A stretch of 25,873 nucleotides of DNA, taken from assembly GCA_048128005.1 (NCBI GenBank), contig JBEUKZ010000088.1, positions 62,001 to 87,873 on the forward strand. The letters are read 5' to 3'. Positions 10,984 through 20,945 of this stretch are shown piece after piece. The notes under the pieces were generated by a model. It was not told where the DNA came from. It worked only from the letters and a program-made list of their open reading frames with translations, and did no database searches. A program made the translations under genes and the position numbers. How positions within the stretch are numbered: the first letter of the stretch is position 1; every line of letters begins with the position of its first letter. Origin of the DNA: Veleropilina oligotropha (taxonomy: Eukaryota).

Positions 10984-11646
10984 GTGGAGATGGACATGTC
11001 TTGGGGTGGAGATGGACATGTCTTGGGGTGGAGAAAGACATGTCTTGGTGTGGAGATGGACATGTCTTGGGGTGGAGATGGACATGTCTTGGGGTGGAGA
11101 AAGACATGTCTTGGGGTGGAGATGGACATGTCTTGGGGTGGAGATGGACATGTCTTGGTGTGGAGATGGACATGTCTTGGTGTGGAGATGGACATGTCTT
11201 GGGATGGAGATGGACATGTCTTGGTGTGGAGATGGACATGTCTTGGGGTGGAGATGGACATGTCTTGGTGTGGAGATGGACATGTCTTGGGGTGGAGATG
11301 GACATGTCTTGGGGTGGAGATGGACATGTCTTGGGGTGGAGATGGACATGTCTTGGTGTGGAGATGGACATGTCTTGGTGTGGAGATGGACATGTCTTGG
11401 GGTGGAGATGGACATGTCTTGGTGTGGAGATGGACATGTCTTGGTGTGGAGATGGACATGTCTTGGGGTGGAGATGGACATGTCTTGGTGTGGAGATGGA
11501 CATGTCTTGGTGTGGAGATGGACATGTCTTGGGGTGGAGATGGACATGTCTTGGGGTGGAGATGGACATGTCTTGGGGTGGAGATGGACGTGTCTTGGGG
11601 TGGAGATGGACATGTCTTGGGGTGGAGATGGACATGTCTTGGTGTG
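10984..11646. repeat. 22-bp minisatellite, ~30 copies (GTGGAGATGGACATGTCTTGG[G/T])
   Basis: Directly visible and highly homogeneous. It explains all six overlapping repetitive ORFs at 10848-11724. Confidence 0.99.
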
Positions 11647-11733
11647 AACCTGGAGAATGTTAAAAGCGTGACAGTAACCATTCATTCAAACCAAAACCAG
11701 ATCTCGTTTGACGTGTTTTATTAACTCCCTTAC

Positions 11734-11864
11734 CTCACTCCATACTGGCATCGTCCCGAAAAAGACTTGCAGGCCGTCGAAGAAGTTGTCTCCGACGATG
11801 ATGATGGTTGTTCCTCCGGTCGTCCACCCTTCGCTCGGACAGATCGCCTTGATGCATGGAGTTG
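11734..11864 (-). CDS. coe: COE exon, 131 nt, first half of the IPT/TIG domain: (A)[43 protein letters not shown]
   Basis: Acceptor ttgcag at 11865-11866 and donor gtaagg at 11732-11733. In frame with both flanking exons. Confidence 0.97.
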
Positions 11865-12516
11865 CTGCAAAAACATAATCTGCTCATGATAAAGGAATCG
11901 TTCTTAGGTATTAATAACTATCGTAATAATATTATGTATTCATTTATAGGGTTTTTAAATCTACACCCCTGTTTCAACGTTATCAGAAAATCACATCTCG
12001 GAATAACTTTCTGACACAACACTTTTTGCGCACGATTGCACATTTATTACATAAACCTAAAATATTATATATTTTGCTAACAAACGTGATCGAGCAGAAT
12101 TTGTGATATTGATGCATTCTGAGCGGCAATGTTTGTCTCTCGTCACTTCTATTCGAGATATATTTCTTCTAAAATGAAAAATAGCTGAGCAGATGTTTGA
12201 CTGTGAGTCACGTTTGAACATTGATGAAAAACGACGGAATGATTCAGACCGAATAAATCCACTCTTTGCAGTTGCCAGCAATTTTTTTCCCAACATGCAG
12301 GAATGGAGACTATTCGAATGATATTTATTTATTTTCTTTCCTGGTGTAAATTATTAAAGCTAATAGCGACACTTAAAACTGTTTGCCGTCTTTCAGGTCT
12401 GTGTTATTTTATCACCACGCGAGTTGTTCGCGACTGCGATAAAACATTCCTGATGTGCAAAGCAAAGCCTTTTTCGAGTTTGTCAATTCGCTACACGAAG
12501 CCGGCCTAATAAACTT

Positions 12517-12628
12517 CACGTGTTATTTGCGATGGTCTTGGTTAGGTGATCGAACTGACCACCGGACTACAGATGTGGCGTTGGTCTTGTGGCCAGATGG
12601 AAAGGAGAGTTTTGATTTTGGACAGCTG
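12517..12628. promoter_or_regulatory. Candidate bHLH E-box cluster (intronic enhancer)
   Basis: CACGTG at 12517, CAGATG at 12570 and 12594, and CAGCTG at 12623, all within 112 bp of locally GC-richer non-coding DNA. Motif match only. Confidence 0.4.
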
Positions 12629-14370
12629 GCCGATTTGTTCGCGTATTTTAAGACTATTGTTGTTAAAATGCTGCATCTAATCTACGCCGCACTTCGTAAT
12701 TGTTCGAGCGAAATTTGAAACTGGCTCGCGAAGGGTTCGCCGAGCGGGTATAATTGAAGATGAAAATGAAATTATTCTGTACTCCAAACTTTGATGATTT
12801 TCATTGCATAATTACAGCGTTCGGCCATCAATCACGTTAAAGCATTAAACGGACTTTGTAGACAATGGCGGTTCGTTCACGCCTAAATGAGATTGTCAAT
12901 TTCGACAAGACGACGGCAATGTTGATGCGAAATATAGCTTTGTTTCTTTTACGGTGACATGTTTTTACCAAATAAATTATTCCGTTCACCAGATAATATA
13001 TAAAGAAAGACATTATCCTTTTATGTGGAACCACTGTATTTTTCCAAAACATAAATTTCTTGAAAGAATATTGTAACTCGTGCACAATTGTTGGGTATTT
13101 TAAATCAGAATCTTGGAAATGGACAGAATGCGAGTGATAGCATAAATTGGATTAAGCATGAAGGCATTCTTGTAAAACCATTATTTAAAGCAAGAACAAA
13201 GACCAGCCCCAAAGCGATATTAATGGGTCGTGATATGACGTTGTTGAACAATTAATGTCAATATATTTCAACAGTTAAACAAACATGCTATCATATTCAT
13301 TACAATTTAGTTTCTGATGAATTTGACCTGTCGGAAATAAGTGGTATTTTACATGTAATGTCGAAAGCAATTTACTAGAAATTATAATAATTATTATTTT
13401 AATACCGGTACAAATAACCATTAATAAGTAAAATTCATTAGCAATAATATAAAAAAAGATTGTGGGTAAAATGAACATGATTTTGATTTTGTAAAGCGAA
13501 AATATTTTATTAAATATATATAATTAATGATAAAAGATAATATTAAACCAGGATACCGTTAGTACTTACAATATCGACTAAATAAAGGAATTGCATTTTT
13601 TATGACAAGGATATAATTGATTTTAATGAAATTCGAGTTTTATGCCGCATTTTACTTTATTTGGTTATATTGAGACATTATATTGAAAGGTAGGAATATC
13701 TGATGACTCCAATGTTAAAATAACTTTTCAACATTTATTGCATAATAAAACAATCAAGTTGATGAACTATAATCACTCATAATAAACAAAATAAATGCAA
13801 AGAGCTCTTTGATATTGAACTTTATTATTGGAATTATATTTAATTAAGATAATTCGCATTATGCAATGGATATCTAGTTTAATCATGATCGATCTTCAGG
13901 CATCGCAATTCACCATATGTCGTGTGTGCACAGCCAGAGAACATAGAACAATCGTTTGATGTCGGCCATGTTATTAATTTATTTGATTTGAACCAATTAT
14001 AGATAGGATCTTATAGACGTGTAATTTGCTAATACATTATACGGCGTCGCCGTTGTTGGTACAAAGCAGAGAGGTCAAATGGGATTAATGCACTAGTCTC
14101 GGGATAAGCAAAACAAAACTCGCGAAATTAATTTTAATTATTGAAATGAAGATTCATATCAAATCGATACCATATATGAATGAAAAAAAAGCTATTTTTT
14201 AAAAAACAAAAATGTATATGAGTAAAATAGCAGAATATCTGATGATGTTATATTTACGAAAAATATTTCTCAATAAAATGACCCCTGCGTCAGTTTTTTG
14301 GATTTTTATTATATTATTTTAAATATAAGTACATATTTTTTATTTAATGGAGTCTGTTATTGATATTCAC

Positions 14371-14494
14371 CTCCTTCGGTGGGGTCCAATCGCCTCGCTC
14401 GGCGGCCATGTTTGGAATTGTTGTGCACGAACATGTTATCGGAGACTGCCAAGAGAGGTGACTCTACTACCGACATGGTAGGCGCAATGGCCAC
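14371..14494 (-). CDS. coe: COE exon, 124 nt, end of DNA-binding domain and basic linker: [41 protein letters not shown]
   Basis: Acceptor tttcag at 14495-14496 and donor gtgaat at 14369-14370. Contains the conserved [18 protein letters not shown] motif. Confidence 0.97.
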
Positions 14495-14933
14495 CTGAAA
14501 ATCAACGTGAAATAAAGCATAAAACGATCAAATAGATTATACTGTTATAGTATATTATTATTATTATTCGAAACACATTTTCCAAAAAACGACACAGCTG
14601 CACCGTATAGGAAACATAATTAGAATCGAGCTAATCGTTACCACAATCATATCGATATGAAATAATAATATTTTCATCAGATGAACGAGACTATTATTCC
14701 GAACCAATGCATCATTAATCAGCTTTGTTTGAATATTGCATGATTTTTGTCCATAAAATTTACGCCGGACAAGAGGCAAATTTTAAACCAAATTATTATT
14801 GATGCAATTACTAATAATGCTCTTTCAAGTACTTTTTTCAGAAATGATAGTTCAATAAATGAAGGATGATTTAATTATACATTTATTGCGCTACAGTAGA
14901 TTAATGGATTAATATAATTGATTTTTGTAGTTA

Positions 14934-15086
<153 letters not shown>

Positions 15087-15269
15087 TTAAAATATGAAAC
15101 AAAACAATTCAGTATATTTGACGTTACCTATATCGAATCTCTTCCAAAAAGCCTATATTATTGATTATATTATGCCATATTTTCATCATTAGCATCCCTA
15201 TGTATCTGTTATATATCGTCCTCTGTGATATATGCAGCCAAGGTAACCCGCGCTGTGCTTATAGTTGAA

Positions 15270-15322
15270 GAAATGGACATTCCCACACTCTGAAATCAAC
15301 AACTGATCGGAATGTCCATTTC
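15270..15322. repeat. Small inverted repeat: perfect 14-bp arms GAAATGGACATTCC/GGAATGTCCATTTC with a 25-nt loop
   Basis: 15270-15283 is the exact reverse complement of 15309-15322. Confidence 0.8.
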
Positions 15323-18300
15323 GTACAAGAATTGAGTAACGCTGTTTTCACTTTCCACTGTTGATAATTGGAGACATGGCGACGACATAACTGGGATCTG
15401 ATGATTGTTTATGTATGTTGTAATACGCCATGAAATCTACACCCGCTATATCAGCATTCGAATGGAAACAACGGCAAGTGACTTAATTAAGCAGAAATTC
15501 GATACTGCTATACTTTTGCTTTACTGAAAACTTTGCGCTGAAAAGTATGTTTAATTATGGTTAAGATATATTTCAACATCTTTTAAATTATCTCATTATT
15601 AAATTTCGTCTAAAATGTTGGACCAACACGGAAAACAATTATGTCTCCGTAGATAATAGGAATATTGAATTCAGAGATCTAGACCTGTTTGAGATAAGAT
15701 GGTGAGAAACGGGGACGTTGAACCCCCCTCCTACTCCCGACGTACCATAAACCTCATCTTTCCCTGTCCAATAGTGGAAGGTTGAAATCTGGGTTTCGAG
15801 CTTCTAATGGACGCATGTGCGTCATCGAAAAACATTTTTGTAATCAATACTTTGTAATCAATACTTACAGTATCGAGAAATTTATAAAATATCGATGAAG
15901 CTATGTTAACACGAGCGTAAAGAACCAACGAACAAAGGAACATTCGTTGATGAAAATATATTGCTCGCTTATAATATAATTTTATGAATTTCATTATATA
16001 GATTGTTAATAAAATGAAAAAAATGATATTCCTTTTGTCCGTTGGTTCTTTTGCCCTTATCCCGTTTCACCCTTTTCAAAACTAACATTCAAGGGGACGG
16101 TAAAAGTCATTATTATAACTAATATGAATATTTGCCAATATTAGCCAAACAGGTAATCTATATTTGTTATTATTTTGCATATCCGTTCATTCATTTTTGT
16201 GTGCAATTAATTATTGTCATATAACCTTCGTGTGTAAGCAGGTATAGTCGTTTGCAATTACCTCGACGACATTACTCCTTGAATTCAATACTACAAGAGT
16301 CTCTTGCCGTGTCAATAGTAGGCCAGGGAATACCTTTCACTACGACCGATTATAATTTAACTACACACTGCTCTAGGTCCCAAAGGTACGTAAGTAATTG
16401 GCCTTCCGAAGAGGCGTTTTATTTAATAGGCTATTTAATATTGTTCTTTAAGTATTATTGGATTACTGGCAGAAGTCTCTAATGTGGTGGACCATATTGT
16501 ATTTGTGGCGTGCGGGTCCCTATGGAAACTTGCCAGGGAAATGCGTGCCGTTTTCCCTTCGGACGTTCTGTACAATTAACTCGATTCTATTTTACTGGTA
16601 AACTAGTCTTCTCTAACAAATTTGCTGAATTTTCTTCAAGCATTCACTAATATAGCGTATTTGACAGAACGGCTTTATTGGAAGGCGGTGGAATTAAAAA
16701 GATTAAAAATCACTACCCATAAAGGAGTAGACAGGAACCAGTTTGCGCTAAATTGGCTCTGTGGGAATAACCCGCGAACGTCTTGCGGCGTCGCGGGTCA
16801 GTTTCGGCAAACCTAAATTAGCAGATTGCTATAAAACGTCGGATGGATCCGAGAACACGTACGGTTGAAAAAAGAGACAGGAGATCGTTCCGAAACGAAA
16901 ACTAACAGAAGCAAAGACATCAGAAGAGATGAGTTGTCGAAGCATGCGAATGTGTACCTACATGCGTCTATAATGTATACAAATACATAGACGAGATATA
17001 TGTTTATGGGTGGTATAAAATTGTCAGATTCGAGGGCAACGATGTTGTTTGCAGTATGACAGATGCGATATCATTTTGGTGACGTCACATTGTGTTGAGC
17101 CACTATGAATAATTTCAAATTATTCGTAGCCAAGCCGCAATTATGTCGTAGCATGTATAATAATAATCAACCAAACACCGTTTATCTTCCATACAGGTGT
17201 GGAAATATTTAGCATTTAGGCGTAGTGAATTCGCAACACGCGCGTAATAATTCGCATCAATATAAACGTAAACAGCGCGGTAATGTTGAATTGTGGCGGA
17301 TCGATTTCCACTCGAAGAACAAAAGGCCGCGCGCCACGCACTCGATCGGAAGAATGTTCCACAACACGTGCCATAGATACATTATATCCTCTTTAGCGGA
17401 AGATAATTAACGGTATTGGTTCAAAAGCGACACAAGAACATATTCAATAACGGCAAAAAATTCTCATTTGTACATTCCGTGATAAGAGGCACTGCATTTG
17501 ATGGGGATGTATTTTAAGAGGTGTGGCATTCATTCGTATTATGAACACAATGCCCCCGGGATTCCATCTACAAATTAAAAAGTCAGCGAATCATGATATA
17601 TAGTAAACGATGCGTAAACTGCACCGAAAGCGTAATGAAAGAAACGAGAATTTGCGGAAAGCCATGTCACCGAGCATTTACGGAAAGGAAGACCAATTTT
17701 CCAGCCAGCAGTAAACACGAACAGAGAGACGTCAACGACTTCCAATGGCCGACTGAAAATCTCATTTCGCTAAGCATATTAACGTTGCCGTATATTTGTC
17801 CAGAATTGCGCACAGAAGTTTCATAAATAATTAAACACTGTTGATAACAATTATTAATTGATGAAATCTCGTATATGAATATTTGATGAGAACGAGAATT
17901 ATCTTTTAAGCCCCCTTCGCACTGGCTATTGTATAATTTGAAAGCTCTCGTCTATCCATTAGCTGATTCTCGCCGAGTCCATCGTTTACAACCATAATTT
18001 CACCTTTGCTTGGATTACAGCGGTTCGATAATTGCTAACGTTTCATCCATTTCGGCATTAAAACGCCAGAAGCAACTACTTTTGTGACTGGCCGGCGTTT
18101 AATAATCGGTATCAAGACTGTAGCGCTCTCAATGTAATATATGCAAACACAGCTAGGGCATCAATCGGAACATCATTTCATGTTATACTCAGATAAAATA
18201 ACGGATACACTAGAGATAAATATGATATTAACCCGTATTCGATTATATCGTAATATCTGCAACACCCGCTACAAGAGCGATCGTCCAACGTGTCGATGAG

Positions 18301-20156
18301 ACATATAGGACCAAACTGCATGCAATTTTATTTATAATACCCAGCGTCTGAGGGACATCCTCTATGGTGCCACAAGTGAGAACAATTGGTAAACGTACAG
18401 ACAGACATAATTAACCACATTATAGCTACTTCATGTACTAACAATTAATTTTTGCTAAATTTATTTTTATTTTTTTATAATAGTTCAAACGTTGTAGCGG
18501 AAAGAAAAATTTAGTAGCTGGTCTAATCCTTACAGGTTTTCGTGACATATACACAATTGAGAAAAATAGTAGTTGGATTTACATATACTTATGAATTTAC
18601 TTATAAAATACAAGGTAATTTTCTACTTTCTTGAACGACATATATTAACATTCCTTAACTTTTGAAATTACTCGAACATTCATAGTAATGCACCAAGAAT
18701 TCACGTGTCAAGCGTTCAATTATCTACCAAAACAAACAGATTTCCCTTGCATACGTCTCTTTGCCACCCCCGTAGCGCCCAGAGGAAAATAACATCTTGA
18801 ATAATGAAATCGACACTCCACCCGTCGCGAAACACCAGCGAACAGGCTGTGTACCTATAGGAGTGTGTCAAGCAATTTTCAGCGTTTTGTTTCGCATCTT
18901 GCCACTGTGAAATAGACAAGAGCGTATTTGTTTCATGAAATAGACAATTTGTCAACAGGGAATCAACTAATTTCACTGAGCTAATGTTTTCACTGTCTGG
19001 CGATGTTGCGTATCGGTGTCACGTATACATTTATTTTAATACGTCAAATACACCATGATGGGAATAAACTCGTGATGAAAGTAGTATCTTTACACGCTAC
19101 TGTGCTTGTTGGCATCTTTTAGTATAACGTTATTATTTTTAAACGCTCACTGAGCACAGTACGGCAATACGTTTTTTTAAACGCCGAGCACAATACGTTA
19201 ATACGTTCAAACTTAATTAGTTTAAACATAGTATTTGCAAATTTTGCAATGTGTAAATGGGTAAAACAGTTACAGACTGATCAAATGTCCCTTTTCATTA
19301 TTATGTATACGTCAGAAGGTCTCCTGTTATTAATCTGGTTGGTGTGGACGGCGAAGTTTAGACACTGAATGCGAGGCTTGTTAACAAAGAAAAAAGTACC
19401 GAATTCAATCCCCGGATGCGTCGGGTTTTTCCCCATAATCGCAGTATTCATCATTTACAGTTGATCCAATATATGACTGAAACGCGCTTGTTGTGGTCAT
19501 TCAATACCGATTCTTCTATGAACTCATCGCGTTATTTACAATTCCGTGCATTGATTTTCATATTGGCTCTACTGTTTGATTAATTGCGATAACACTTCAT
19601 GTAATGGGTTGACAGATACAATTCTCTTCCCGAGCGCTTGTTAATATTAATGAAGTATTTCCGACATAATGAGGGCCTGGACGTCGGCGAGTTGTTGACA
19701 TTTCCTCTTTACTTTCAAGAAATTGTAAACTCGGATAATTGATTTACGAAAACGACTTTCAACAAACGCAAATTTCTATAATCACGGGTGACATTGCTTC
19801 TATTGTATCTATATTCAACAAGAAGAGAAATCTGCTTCTACATCATTCAATCGGAGTCGCGAGTTTGTTTAGCTGGTGATCGGATCGATTTTTGTTCGCA
19901 TGCCATATGCTTTTATTGAACTATTCGAGATACGGAATAAGGAGTGTATTACAATAATTATTAAGCTGTATTAACGAACTACGAATAGTCAGATACATTG
20001 TACATGGTTGTTTCGTAAATTTAAATTATAAGAAAAAAAATCAACAGATCGGGTGTAGTGTACAATACGTTTGAATAATCAACCAGTCACGTGCCACAAT
20101 ATACGGTGAAAATCATTTTTGCATTATGAATTTGTTTTCATATAACCGAACTAGAA

Positions 20157-20400
20157 GGAGGAGGAATTATGCTTACAACATCGAGGTTCAAGGCAGGACA
20201 TGTCCGTTTTATCGCGGGAGGAAACCCCGGTCGCCTGGGTAAACCCGCCCTCTTCGGCCAGCCACGGACAACTGTGATTCATAACTTGAACAAATTTCAA
20301 TGTCTCAGCCAGGTATTGAACCCACTAGTGTTCGCATTAGCGGAATCAAGCCAGTGAATTTAGAGTGTACACTCTACCCACTGCGCTGCCGAAGCGGCCC
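20157..20400 (-). mobile_element. tRNA-derived SINE, copy 2, full length with an 11-bp TSD (V-SINE-like core)
   Basis: TSD CCGAACTAGAA at 20146-20156 and 20401-20411. The minus strand begins GGGCCGCT, then has A-box-like CAGCGCAGTGG, B-box GGTTCAATACC, central GGGTTTACCCAGGCGACCGGGGTTTCCTCCC and a short (TCC)n tail. Confidence 0.9.
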
Positions 20401-20437
20401 CCGAACTAGAAACGTAGTATCCTAAACTTGTAAGCAG

Positions 20438-20663
20438 TATAGATGCGCATCTATTCCACTACATATAGGCTGACATTGTTTCTATAGATGCGCATCTATT
20501 CCACTACATATAGGCTGACATTGTTTCTATAGATGCGCATCTATTCCACTACATATAGGCTGACATTGTTTCTATAGATGCGCATCTATGCCACTACATA
20601 TAGGCTGACATTGTTTCTATAGATGCGCATCTATGCCACTACATATATATGCTAACATTGTTC
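20438..20663. repeat. 45-bp tandem repeat, ~5 copies, each containing the 16-bp palindrome ATAGATGCGCATCTAT
   Basis: Units start at 20438, 20483, 20528, 20573 and 20618. The last unit is degenerate at its end. Confidence 0.97.
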
Positions 20664-20861
20664 CACTAAATAAAATAGGTACATGTACAAAACTATTGTA
20701 CGATGTTGATGTAAATCATTTTTGTTTTATGACCTCATTTTTGAAAATATTTAGGTCGCATCTGTAGTTGGAACCTCGATTTAACGACTCCGCTTGAAGG
20801 ACTGGTAACTGATTTTAAAGCCATATTTCTGTTACTTTTAACCGTTGGAATAACAAGCCAC

Positions 20862-20945
20862 GCCGGAGAGGTAATCGAACCTGCATCCTACCGTAACCGT
20901 CCCTTGCATATATTGTTTTTCCGATGTACTACCAGCTGAGCAATA
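20862..20945 (-). other. Degraded tRNA-like sequence (possible head of a second SINE family or tRNA pseudogene)
   Basis: The minus strand reads TTGCTCAGCTGGTAG (A-box/D-arm-like) and, about 45-50 nt later, GCAGGTTCGATTACC (B-box/T-arm-like). No convincing acceptor or anticodon stem. Confidence 0.4.

Noticed and set aside
10848..11724. Six overlapping 213-277 aa ORFs with repetitive peptides (PRHVHLHPKTCPSPPQDMSIST / WRWTCLGVEMDMSWGGDGHVL)
   Set aside because: They are an artefact of a stop-free 22-bp minisatellite that is open in all six frames and lies in a COE intron.
14341..14370. Vertebrate-like alternative donor extension of the linker exon
   Set aside because: Read-through gives GGT GAA TAT CAA TAA, an in-frame stop after four codons, with no downstream GT donor before it.
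20300..20400. Functional tRNA gene at the SINE head
   Set aside because: A- and B-box-like motifs are present, but there is no proper cloverleaf. It continues into a repeated body with a tail and TSD, so it is a SINE.
20438..20663. CRISPR-like appearance (regularly spaced palindromic repeats)
   Set aside because: The intervening sequences are identical rather than unique spacers, there are no cas genes, and the context is a eukaryotic intron.
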